Positions 1 through 9,037 of a DNA stretch of 64,000 nucleotides are shown here, one piece after another; position 1 is the first letter of the stretch; each line of letters begins with the position of its first letter. Both the position numbers and the translations under genes were made by a program. A model generated the notes under the pieces. It was not told the DNA's origin and searched no databases. It worked only from the letters and a program-made list of their open reading frames with translations. This DNA comes from Candidatus Omnitrophica bacterium CG11_big_fil_rev_8_21_14_0_20_41_12. Its GTDB lineage: Bacteria > Omnitrophota > Gorgyraeia > Gygaellales > Profunditerraquicolaceae. The stretch is taken from contig PCWB01000027.1 in the NCBI GenBank assembly GCA_002796135.1, positions 1,724 to 65,723 on the forward strand. Direction: 5' to 3'.

Positions 1-773
1 AATACCGGTAATTTCAATATCTGCTTATCAAACCAATATCTACCTTTTTCAGTCTTAAGATAATTTTTGAATAAATATATACCTACACCAATACCAATCA
101 CGGTATACAAGAAATATTTTCTTAAAAGGTCACTGGCAAAAATTAAAACCTGCGTCGGCATAGGCAGTGTCCCGCCGAGAGAATCAAATATCCCTTTAAA
201 CGTAGGAACCACCTTAAGCAAAAGCACTGCTGTAATAACCGCTGCCATACTCACAACTACTGCAGGATAAACCAGGCTTGAAGTAATCTTTCGGTTAAGC
301 GCTGCCTGCTTTTCCATAAAGGTGGCTAAACGATCCAGGATCTCATTTAACATACCGGATGCCTCTCCGGCTTTGGTCATATTAACAAACAGCTCTGAAA
401 AAACCGCCGGGTGCTTGGCCAAAGCATCACAAAAACTTACTCCCCCTTCTATATCATTTTTTACTCCCCCGACAATACCTCTTAAATTTTCATTTTCAAT
501 CTGTTCAGATAGAATCCCTAGGGCATTGACCAGGGGAATACCTGCATCGATCATCGTGGCCAGCTGACGGGAAAAGATAACCAGATCTTCAAGCTTAACT
601 TTCTTATCACCGGACTTGCGCTTAACCGCAGCAGCTTTAGCAGCTCCTATAGAAACAACCACCAAATCTTTTTTGTGCAAGATATCGGCAACCTCTGTTT
701 CACTTTCAGCCTGAAGTATTCCGGTAATCGTCTGACCTTTTATATCTTTTGCGCTATATTGATAGGAGTTCAT
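1..773 (-). CDS. pilC: Type IV pilus inner-membrane platform protein PilC (T2SS F family), 3' end runs off the window
   Basis: Not in the ORF track. Manual translation from ATG at 773 gives MNSYQYSAKDIKGQTITG...IFSRQLATMIDAGIPL...GEASGML...ITSSLVYP. ATGA overlap with the upstream HD-GYP gene. Confidence 0.93.
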   Translation of the reverse strand, partial: MNSYQYSAKDIKGQTITGILQAESETEVADILHKKDLVVVSIGAAKAAAVKRKSGDKKVKLEDLVIFSRQLATMIDAGIPLVNALGILSEQIENENLRGIVGGVKNDIEGGVSFCDALAKHPAVFSELFVNMTKAGEASGMLNEILDRLATFMEKQAALNRKITSSLVYPAVVVSMAAVITAVLLLKVVPTFKGIFDSLGGTLPMPTQVLIFASDLLRKYFLYTVIGIGVGIYLFKNYLKTEKGRYWFDKQILKLPV

Positions 774-1840
774 AGATTATCCATTATTTTTAAAAATGCA
801 TCAACAATTTTTGGGTCAAATTGCGTTCCGCTATTACGCTTAATCTCCAAAACCGCCTCGTCTTTAAGGAACGGCACTTTCCTGTAGGAGCGGGCCGAAC
901 GCATCGCCTCATAAGCATCGGCAACATGGATTATGCGGGCACCCAAAAGAATATCATTACCTTTTCTACCTTCCGGATAGCCTGAACCGTCATAATGTTC
1001 ATGATGTTGCCTAATTAAGTCTACCACTTCGTTTAAAAAAGTCAACGGTTCCAGGATTTGGGCCCCGATAGTCGGATGCTTACGTATCTGCTCCCACTCA
1101 ATGCTGGTAAGAGCGGTTGTCTTTAATAATATGTTATCGCTAATCCCGATCTTACCTAAATCATGCAATTCACAAGCCTGCCGCAATACCTCAATCTCTT
1201 TTGCCGAAATTTTTAGATAATTTGCGATAGCAATAGCAATCCGCGCAACATTCTCAGAATGACTATGCGTATAATGATCTCTAGCATCGATTGCCTGGGC
1301 CAAAACCTTAATCGTACGCATATAGGTTGACCGTAGATCCTCATAAAGGCGGCTTAAATTAGTCGTGGCATCCTCAATCCTTCTGGCCAAAAGCGTATTC
1401 TGTTTTTCAAGGGCCTGATTGGCCTCTTTCAAGCCTTGAGAAAATTTACGGTTAGCCAAAAGTAAGGCGTGTAATTTAACCCCTTTTTCAATAATAAATT
1501 TTAATTTCTCTATGTTGAACGGGCGGATTAAAGAATCATATATTCCCGCCTCGGCCAGCTCTTTTGCTTTTTGTTCTTCACCGTTCTCAAGCAGAATAAC
1601 GATTATACAATCAGGATCAATTTTTTTAAGTTCATTGATCAGCCAAAGCGCATCTGCCTGAGAGATCGCATACCTTATAAAAACTAAATCATAATTATTC
1701 TGATTTAGGCTCGTAATACCTGAATGCGGATTGGATTCCACGCGAATAGAATAAGCCCCCAAGCCAAGTATCTGTTCTTTAACGTAACCAGAATATGCTG
1801 TATCTTCACAAAATAAAAGTATTTTCCCGCCGTTGCTCAT
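770..1840 (-). CDS. HD-GYP c-di-GMP phosphodiesterase with N-terminal pseudo-receiver domain and coiled-coil linker
   Basis: DARDHYTHSHS, HDLGKIG, HHEHYDGSGYP, GTQFDP motifs. The REC-like N-terminus lacks the phosphoacceptor Asp (YDLVFIRY). Confidence 0.9.
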   Translation of the reverse strand: MSNGGKILLFCEDTAYSGYVKEQILGLGAYSIRVESNPHSGITSLNQNNYDLVFIRYAISQADALWLINELKKIDPDCIIVILLENGEEQKAKELAEAGIYDSLIRPFNIEKLKFIIEKGVKLHALLLANRKFSQGLKEANQALEKQNTLLARRIEDATTNLSRLYEDLRSTYMRTIKVLAQAIDARDHYTHSHSENVARIAIAIANYLKISAKEIEVLRQACELHDLGKIGISDNILLKTTALTSIEWEQIRKHPTIGAQILEPLTFLNEVVDLIRQHHEHYDGSGYPEGRKGNDILLGARIIHVADAYEAMRSARSYRKVPFLKDEAVLEIKRNSGTQFDPKIVDAFLKIMDNL

Positions 1841-1842
1841 AC

Positions 1843-3558
1843 CTATTCCTCGGTAGTAATCCTGATTGCCTCATCCAAAGTAGTCTGCTCTTCCCTAACT
1901 TTCAGAAAAGCATCATCGCGCAAAGTTTTCATACCTAATTTCTTAATTGCATAAGCCTTAATTTCATCTAAAGAATTTCTACGGATGATCATCTCTCTTA
2001 TGTTATCATCAATGAGCAGCGTTTCGAGCACCGCAACCCGTCCATAAAAACCGGTATTATTGCAATACTTACAACCCTGAGCAGCATAAAATGTGGTTTT
2101 GCCGCTACTAAAGCCTATTTGTTTAAGAAAATCTTCAGGAACCTCTATTGGTTTACGACATTTAAGACAAATTTTTCGCGCCAGCCGCTGCGCACAAAGC
2201 ATAATTACACTGGAAGCAACTAAAAATGGCTCCACCCCCATATCAATAAGGCGGGTAATGCTGGAAATCGCATCATTAGTATGCAAGGTAGAAAGTACGA
2301 GTTGGCCGGTTAATGCCGCTTTGATAGCGATATCGGCGGTTTCAGCGTCCCGGATCTCGCCGATCATAATTACATCCGGGCTTTGCCGCAAGATAGAACG
2401 CAATCCTGAAGCAAAATCTAAACCGATATCCGGCTTAACCTGCATCTGAGTAATTCCATCAACTTGATATTCTACCGGATCCTCGATAGTAATAATATTT
2501 TTTTCCGGAGTATTCAGCTGATTTAAAACAGAATAAAGCGTCGTGGATTTCCCTGAGCCGGTCGGCCCGGTAACCAGCATCATGCCAAAAGGCTTGGCCA
2601 CAGCTTTCTTAAAGTTAGTATCCGGCTGTTCGGAAAACCCCAATTTATCCAAGCCGATCGATAGATTACCTTTATCTAAAGCGCGCAAAACAAATTTCTG
2701 CCCGAAAGTCGTCGGAAGGCTGGAAACTCGAAAATCTATCTCCCGGCCTTCTGTTCTTACCTTAAATCTGCCATCTTGAGGAATGCGATTTTCAGTAATA
2801 TCCAGATTAGAAATAATTTTAAGTCTGGCTAAAATTGCATTTTGATTTATTTTCGGAACCTTTAAAATATCATGCAAGGAGCCGTCTACGCGATATCGAA
2901 TACGCAGACAATCAATCTCCGGCTCGATATGAATATCCGAAGCCCTTCTTTTTAAAGCTTGCGCTAATATAATATCGACTAGTTGCACAATGGGAGCCTT
3001 CTGGCTATCCTGAAGGGTGCCGCTCAACTCAATCGCATCAGCTTTAACCAGTTCTAAATTCTTTTCCAGATCTCCGACGTGACCCAGTGTTACTTCATCA
3101 AGGACACTCTGCATCTCCTTAACTTCTTTACGATATTGGCTATCAATAGCACGATTGATCTCATCCTCAGGGCTTACGACAATATCAATCTTACTTCCGG
3201 TAAAATTACCTAAATCATCTAACGCAAAAATATTTAACGGATCCGACATCGCCACAGTAAGGGTATTGCCGATTTTCGATAAAGGAATAGTATTATAAAG
3301 CTTGGCCATCTGCTCGGGAATCAAATTAACAATCTCGGTATCAAACCTGAATTTAGCCAAACGCAAAGAAGGCAGATAAAGCTGTTCTGAGAATAATGAA
3401 AGCAGGATCTCTTCCGTAATAATTCCTTCATCAATCAAAACTTTTCTTAAAGGCATCTCCTTCTCTTTTTGTAAACTTAAAGCCCGATCCAGCTGCTCTT
3501 TGGTAATATGGTTGCTCTTTAAAAGTATCTCGATTATATTTTCTCTTAATGAATGCAT
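1843..3558 (-). CDS. pilB: Type IV pilus assembly ATPase PilB/GspE family (copy 2)
   Basis: RASDIHIEP, PQDGRF, Walker A GPTGSGKST, TIEDPVE, LRQSPDVIMIGEIRD, CxxC...CxxC zinc site. Confidence 0.93.
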   Translation of the reverse strand: MHSLRENIIEILLKSNHITKEQLDRALSLQKEKEMPLRKVLIDEGIITEEILLSLFSEQLYLPSLRLAKFRFDTEIVNLIPEQMAKLYNTIPLSKIGNTLTVAMSDPLNIFALDDLGNFTGSKIDIVVSPEDEINRAIDSQYRKEVKEMQSVLDEVTLGHVGDLEKNLELVKADAIELSGTLQDSQKAPIVQLVDIILAQALKRRASDIHIEPEIDCLRIRYRVDGSLHDILKVPKINQNAILARLKIISNLDITENRIPQDGRFKVRTEGREIDFRVSSLPTTFGQKFVLRALDKGNLSIGLDKLGFSEQPDTNFKKAVAKPFGMMLVTGPTGSGKSTTLYSVLNQLNTPEKNIITIEDPVEYQVDGITQMQVKPDIGLDFASGLRSILRQSPDVIMIGEIRDAETADIAIKAALTGQLVLSTLHTNDAISSITRLIDMGVEPFLVASSVIMLCAQRLARKICLKCRKPIEVPEDFLKQIGFSSGKTTFYAAQGCKYCNNTGFYGRVAVLETLLIDDNIREMIIRRNSLDEIKAYAIKKLGMKTLRDDAFLKVREEQTTLDEAIRITTEE

Positions 3559-3563
3559 TATCG

Positions 3564-5279
3564 TTATTCGTCCGGTGCGGTTACCCGCAGGACCTCTGCG
3601 ATTGTGGTATGCCCGGCTAAAACAGCCCTAAGCCCATCCTCACGTAAAGTCTTCATACCCTCAAGGCGCGCTTGCTGCTTAATAAACTGCTCCTGCGAAC
3701 CGCTAAGGATTAACTCCCGAACCTTAGGGCTAACCTGTAAAACCTCGGCAATTACCGTTCTTCCGGAATAACCGCTATTAAAACAATGCTGGCAACCTTT
3801 GCCTTTATAGAATTTTAATTTATCAGTTCCTGCCGGCTTCAATTTCAAACTAGCAACAACTTCATCCTTAAGAACATATGCCTCCTTACAATAAGAACAG
3901 ACTTTGCGTACGAGGCGCTGTGCCATAACACAGACTAAAGAAGAGTTGATCAAATAAGGCTCAACTCCCATGTTCACTAAACGCACTACAGCACCGGCAG
4001 CGGTAGTCGTATGTAAAGTAGAAAGAACCAAATGTCCGGTAAGGGCACTTTTAATCGCGATATCCACAGTTTCATAATCACGTATTTCTCCGATCATAAT
4101 GACATTAGGATCCTGTCGTAAGATCGATCGGAGTGCTGCTGCAAAACTAAGACCAATCTCAGGCCTTGAAGTTACCTGATTGATGCCCTCCAGTTGAAAC
4201 TCAACCGGGTCCTCCACGGTAACAATATTTTTATCCGGGCTATCTACGGATTTTAGTACCGCATAAAGCGTCGTAGTTTTACCGCTCCCTGTCGGTCCAC
4301 AAACCAAAATCATACCATGAGGAAGCAGAGAAACTTTACGCAAAACCTCCAAAGCATAATCGCTAAAACCTAATTTCTTCATATCCAGATTTGCCTGCGA
4401 TTTATCCAGAATACGTAAAGCAACCTTCTCCCCGAAGCTGGATGGTAAAATAGAAACGCGGAAATCTATCTCACGATTAAGTATTTTAACCTTAAAACGC
4501 CCGTCTTGGGGGATACGGTGTTCGGCAATATCCAGCTGAGACATAACCTTAATACGTGATACTATCGACGGATGCATATTCTTTGACGGAGTCTTCTGCT
4601 CTTGAAGAATACCGTCAATGCGGAAACGTATGCGTAATTTTTTATCAAACGGCTCAACCAACACGTCAGAGGCCTTCTTTTTAATTGACTCCTCCAGAAT
4701 CATATTAACAACCTTGATCACCGGAGCCTCTTGGCTGATCCTGCCTAACTCCTGATCGCTAGGCAATATTTCCTTTTCCTCCTTAATTAATTCAATGGAA
4801 GAAACAGTCATTTCTTTAACCAAATCATCGATCAAGCCCTTAGTCGTATCAGGATAAGATAATTCTATGGCCTGAGTGATATCCTGAACCGGAGAAATGA
4901 TAGGATTAATTTTAAAACCAGTGAGCGACTGTACGTGGTCAATGGCAAATATATTCAATGGATCAGCCATCGCCAGAGTAATCGTATCTCCCATTTTTGA
5001 TATAGGGATGATCTGGTAATGCCGGGCAATTTCAACTGAAATTATTTTTACGATATCAAGATCGATCTTAAAACGTTTTAAATCAATTAAAGGCAAGCCC
5101 AACCCCTCGCTCAAAGCGGTGATTAACTCATTTCCCTTAACAAACTTAAGCTCTACAATAATATCGCTCAGCTTTCCCCCCTTAGTGGTTTGGACACTAA
5201 GTGCCTGCTTAAGCTGGTCTTCAGTAATAAGTTTATTATGGATTAATATTTCGGTGAGTCGGTCTTTAAGGGATAGCAT
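3564..5279 (-). CDS. pilB: Type IV pilus assembly ATPase PilB/GspE family (copy 1)
   Basis: Walker A GPTGSGKTT, TVEDPVE, LRQDPNVIMIGEIRD, TGHLVLSTLHT, CSYC...CQHC. Confidence 0.93.
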   Translation of the reverse strand: MLSLKDRLTEILIHNKLITEDQLKQALSVQTTKGGKLSDIIVELKFVKGNELITALSEGLGLPLIDLKRFKIDLDIVKIISVEIARHYQIIPISKMGDTITLAMADPLNIFAIDHVQSLTGFKINPIISPVQDITQAIELSYPDTTKGLIDDLVKEMTVSSIELIKEEKEILPSDQELGRISQEAPVIKVVNMILEESIKKKASDVLVEPFDKKLRIRFRIDGILQEQKTPSKNMHPSIVSRIKVMSQLDIAEHRIPQDGRFKVKILNREIDFRVSILPSSFGEKVALRILDKSQANLDMKKLGFSDYALEVLRKVSLLPHGMILVCGPTGSGKTTTLYAVLKSVDSPDKNIVTVEDPVEFQLEGINQVTSRPEIGLSFAAALRSILRQDPNVIMIGEIRDYETVDIAIKSALTGHLVLSTLHTTTAAGAVVRLVNMGVEPYLINSSLVCVMAQRLVRKVCSYCKEAYVLKDEVVASLKLKPAGTDKLKFYKGKGCQHCFNSGYSGRTVIAEVLQVSPKVRELILSGSQEQFIKQQARLEGMKTLREDGLRAVLAGHTTIAEVLRVTAPDE

Positions 5280-5323
5280 AGATATTTAGGATATCAGCGC
5301 TAAAATACTTAAGTACTTTGCAG

Positions 5324-5770
5324 TTATTCAGTTTCCTTATAGTATTTTTCGATTGCTTTTTTTATATCAGAGGAGGTTGAAACAAACGTTTGTACGCTGC
5401 ATCCGCTAAGCAATTCCACATCCTCAATAGCCTGAACGTTTAAAGGATTCGACATGGCCAAAGTCAGATTATTACCGATTTTATCTATCGGCACAAGCAG
5501 ATATTGCCGGGCAACTCTGCCGGGAATAATACTGGTAATTTCAGTATTCACATCATAGCTGCCTAAGGGCAGATAAGGAAAGCCATATTGAGCGGTTAAT
5601 GACTGGGCAATATCATCTTCTTTAACAAATCCCAGTTCAACTAAAATCTCACCGATTAATCCCCCCTTATCCCGCTGAACTCCTAAAGCCTGATCAAGCT
5701 GAGACTGGTTAAGGATCCCGCGCTCAAGTAAAAGCTCGCCTAATTGTTTTTTATTAACTCTTCTGATCAT
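5324..5770 (-). CDS. Stand-alone MshEN / T2SSE N-terminal domain protein (candidate c-di-GMP receptor, no ATPase domain)
   Basis: QLGELLLERGILNQSQLDQALGVQ-RDKGG-LIGEILVELGFV tandem motif, followed by the LTLAMSNPLN GspE-N signature. 148 aa. Confidence 0.85.
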   Translation of the reverse strand: MIRRVNKKQLGELLLERGILNQSQLDQALGVQRDKGGLIGEILVELGFVKEDDIAQSLTAQYGFPYLPLGSYDVNTEITSIIPGRVARQYLLVPIDKIGNNLTLAMSNPLNVQAIEDVELLSGCSVQTFVSTSSDIKKAIEKYYKETE

Positions 5771-5789
5771 CGCTTAAACATTTTACTAT

Positions 5790-7211
5790 TTAAAAAACTA
5801 CTACCCGGTTTTTTCCCAAGCCCTTGGCTTGCTTCAACAGTTCCTTAGCCTTATCAATTAGCTGTTGAGCATTAACTCCATCAAGCGGATTTTCAGAAAC
5901 CCCTGCGCTCACAGTAATACTTTTTATGCTATCCTGATCCAGTAGAAAAGCCGTCTGGATTTTCTTACGTATATCCTCTGCCACCTCTTGAGCCTGACGC
6001 TTATTTTTTTCCGGAAGAATCAGGGAAAATTCATCATCATCAGTTCTGCCTGCCCGGTCAACTTCGCCAATTCCGCTTTTCAATAAAACCGCGATCTTCT
6101 TTAACGCTGCTTCGGCATTAATTAATCCAAGCTTTTCGCGGTAATTTTTAAAATTATCAATATCAAAAATAATAAAAGCACATGGTCGCTGATAAACAAT
6201 CGCCCTTTTAATCTCCTCTTGCAAGCGCATAGAAATAAAATTCTGATTGTAAAGTCCGGTGAGGATATCCTTGGTTTCCAGTTTCTCGACACGGTGGGCT
6301 AAAATATCATTCTCGATAGCAATGGCAATCTGCTTTGAGAATATATCCAGGAGTTCGATATCTTCTTTAGAATATAAAAAATCCTCTCGGCTATTGGTAA
6401 TTCCCAACACACCTTTAACTTTGCCGGTTAAAAATATCGGTACGGATAAACAATTTTTTACCTGAAACTTGGCAAAAAAATCAGTGGCAAGGCCACTATC
6501 TAATGAATTTTTTTTATCTAAGATTAGAGATTTATTCAAATTAAAAACCTTATTATATAAATTCTCCCATGCCCCTACTTCTACAGTCATTAGATGATCC
6601 GCCCCTGCTCCATCGGCAGTTCTTATATGGAAGGATTCCCTGCCTTCCTCTTTAAAAAGTAAAAACGCGGTTTCTGAGTTAGCTAAAAGCCTGGATTTTT
6701 CTACTGCAATTTTTAAGATATCTTCGAATGTCCCACCCTGAGAGATAAGTGAACTTACCTGTAATAAATTCGAAAGGATAAATATTTTTTTCTGAATCTC
6801 TAAGTTGATCTCACTGGTCTTTTCACTGTAAGCTTTAAGCTCATCCATATTGCCCCGGATACGGTTGGTAAGCTGATTTAATACGTTGCCCAACTCCCCA
6901 ACCTCATCACCTTCCCGCACATCCAATTTACGGCTAATATCACCCGCAGCAATAACCTTGGCCTCTGTGGCTACCTTGGAAAGGCGGTCAAAGATCTCTT
7001 TAACCACAAAAAGGCCGATAACCGCTACAAATACACTAATAACAAGGGAGGCAACAACATCAACCTTAAACCCGAATTTAGGCAAAATATAATTTGAGAC
7101 CAGATATGCGCAAACTAAAAACGGTAAAATAGACATTAGCTGAAAAGCAATCATCAGCTTTTGTTTTATGGTACGCGAACTTAATGACAAACGGTTGATT
7201 TTCTTATTCAT
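5790..7211 (-). CDS. Membrane sensor with 2 TM-HAMP-GAF-degenerate GGDEF domains
   Basis: Two TM helices, HAMP (GDEVGELG), GAF (SVPIF...GVLGI...DIELL), DILTGLYN, DIDNFK, active site RTDDDEF. Start moved to ATG 7211, which has a GGAG RBS. Confidence 0.85.
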   Translation of the reverse strand: MNKKINRLSLSSRTIKQKLMIAFQLMSILPFLVCAYLVSNYILPKFGFKVDVVASLVISVFVAVIGLFVVKEIFDRLSKVATEAKVIAAGDISRKLDVREGDEVGELGNVLNQLTNRIRGNMDELKAYSEKTSEINLEIQKKIFILSNLLQVSSLISQGGTFEDILKIAVEKSRLLANSETAFLLFKEEGRESFHIRTADGAGADHLMTVEVGAWENLYNKVFNLNKSLILDKKNSLDSGLATDFFAKFQVKNCLSVPIFLTGKVKGVLGITNSREDFLYSKEDIELLDIFSKQIAIAIENDILAHRVEKLETKDILTGLYNQNFISMRLQEEIKRAIVYQRPCAFIIFDIDNFKNYREKLGLINAEAALKKIAVLLKSGIGEVDRAGRTDDDEFSLILPEKNKRQAQEVAEDIRKKIQTAFLLDQDSIKSITVSAGVSENPLDGVNAQQLIDKAKELLKQAKGLGKNRVVVF

Positions 7212-7265
7212 GTTATCTCCGTAATCTATTCCGAATACTGGAAAAACCAATTAATTTATCTAATA

Positions 7266-7294
7266 ATTATATCCCGTAACTCATCATATATCAA
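7266..7294 (-). promoter_or_regulatory. Putative sigma70 promoter of the GGDEF-pilus operon
   Basis: TTGATA (7294-7289), 17-bp spacer, TATAAT (7271-7266). Confidence 0.55.
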
Positions 7295-9035
7295 TAGATT
7301 TGTTGAATTCTGTCAACAGTCCTTCCTTGGCTACCCCGGTATCAATAAAATCCCAGGGCAACGCACAGGCAGTTGACTTGTCACCAAGATATGCCTGCGG
7401 ATCAATCCCCTCTTCAGAGAATGCTTCTTGCCACTTAGTAAATGAAAAATAATTCGACCAAGCATCAAACTTGGCCCCTTTTCTATAAGCAGTAAGGATG
7501 ACTTTACCCAGCTTTCTATCCCCCCTGGAAAGTATCCCTTCCAAAAAACTTATCTGTGAATTATGAAAACTGAATTTAAGCCTCCGGTTTTTACAATTTG
7601 ACCTTAAATAGTCCTGCTTTTCCTGGATTTGGGTAATTGAATCCATCTTTAACCATTGTAAAGGCGTATGGGGCTTGGGAATTAAGGGATTTACGCTGAT
7701 ATTAATTTGAGCTGCAGCTCCGCTGATTTCCCTTTTTAATTCCGAAGACCGTTTTGCAAAATCGATTATCCCCTGCAAATCTGCTTGAGTCTCCCCGGGT
7801 AAACCAATAAGAAAATATAACTTCAAATGCTGATAGCCGCATTTATAAGCATCGGCGATAGCTTTAAAAAACTCTTCTTCGGAAAAATCCTTAGCCAAAG
7901 CCTGGCGCAACCTGTGTGTTCCTGCCTCCGGAGCAAAAGTCAGGCCTGTCTTTTTTGCTTTGGCAATTAGTGTAGAAACATTGCCTAACAAAGCTTTAGC
8001 TTTTAACGAAGGCAGGGACAGGCTAACTCCCTGCTCTTTAAAATTTCCAGTTAAAGAAGAAACAAGGGCTTCTAAGTCAGGATAATCGCTTACGGATAAA
8101 CCCGCTAAAGATAATTCCTCATATCCGGTAGCCAGATAGGCAAGATTAGCCTGTGAAATTATTTTTTCTTTACTTTTTATTCTCAGAGGATAATATTGGC
8201 TCCTGGCCTGGCAAAAACGGCAGCGGTTAGGGCAACCGCGCATAATCTCTAAAGTAATCCGGTCATGTATCACCGGAACATTAGGCACCATCCAATTACA
8301 GGGAAAATATGACGATTCAAAATCAACGACTACCCGTTTTTTAATTTTTAAGGGCAAGCTATCGACCCTAGGATAAAAGGCGGCAAACTCTCCTGTAGCA
8401 TTATAATCTACTGAATACAAAGACGGCGCGTATACTCCTTCTATTTTAGTCAGCTCAATCAACAGTTTTTCTTTCGGCAGGCGGCCGCTTTTATAATCTT
8501 GCTTAAGACGCCGATATAAAACTAATAGCTCTACAATCGCCTCTTCTGCCTCACCGATAATAAATAAATCAATAAAATCAGCCATCGGCTCAGGATTAAG
8601 AGTAGCGGGGCCTCCGGCGATAACCAAAGGAAGTTTATGATCACGTAAGCAGGATTGTAGCGGCAGGCCGGCAAGATCTAAAATATTTAATACGTTAGTA
8701 TAATTTAATTCCGAACCAAGAGAGAAGCCCAACATATCAAAATTGATCAGCTCCTGATTTGATTCCCAGGAAAAAAGCCGCCTGTTGGCATTTTTTAAAG
8801 ATGCCTCCATGTCAGCTTCACAGGCAAAAAACCTTTCACAAACTACATCCTCAAGATTATTTAAAACGCCGTAGATGATACGCAAGCCTAAATTACTCAT
8901 CCCCACTTCATATAGATCAGGAAAACCTAAAGCAAAATTTATTAAAGCAGGATCGAAGTGTTTTTGGGATACATTCCATTCATTACCCAGATATTGTGCA
9001 GGGCGGTGCACATTTAAAAACAAATCTTCAATCAT
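7284..9035 (-). CDS. B12-binding-like radical SAM protein (TIGR03960-like)
   Basis: FPDLYEVGMSNLG, EIMRGCPNRCRFCQA (CxxxCxxC), GLTFAPEAG, PKPHTP; typical position downstream of rodA. Confidence 0.85.
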   Translation of the reverse strand: MIEDLFLNVHRPAQYLGNEWNVSQKHFDPALINFALGFPDLYEVGMSNLGLRIIYGVLNNLEDVVCERFFACEADMEASLKNANRRLFSWESNQELINFDMLGFSLGSELNYTNVLNILDLAGLPLQSCLRDHKLPLVIAGGPATLNPEPMADFIDLFIIGEAEEAIVELLVLYRRLKQDYKSGRLPKEKLLIELTKIEGVYAPSLYSVDYNATGEFAAFYPRVDSLPLKIKKRVVVDFESSYFPCNWMVPNVPVIHDRITLEIMRGCPNRCRFCQARSQYYPLRIKSKEKIISQANLAYLATGYEELSLAGLSVSDYPDLEALVSSLTGNFKEQGVSLSLPSLKAKALLGNVSTLIAKAKKTGLTFAPEAGTHRLRQALAKDFSEEEFFKAIADAYKCGYQHLKLYFLIGLPGETQADLQGIIDFAKRSSELKREISGAAAQINISVNPLIPKPHTPLQWLKMDSITQIQEKQDYLRSNCKNRRLKFSFHNSQISFLEGILSRGDRKLGKVILTAYRKGAKFDAWSNYFSFTKWQEAFSEEGIDPQAYLGDKSTACALPWDFIDTGVAKEGLLTEFNKSIDI

Positions 9036-9037
9036 AA

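Noticed and set aside
5281-5323. Weak AT-rich palindromes between the MshEN gene and pilB as a possible c-di-GMP riboswitch
   Set aside because: The region is too short and lacks GEMM or class II consensus features.
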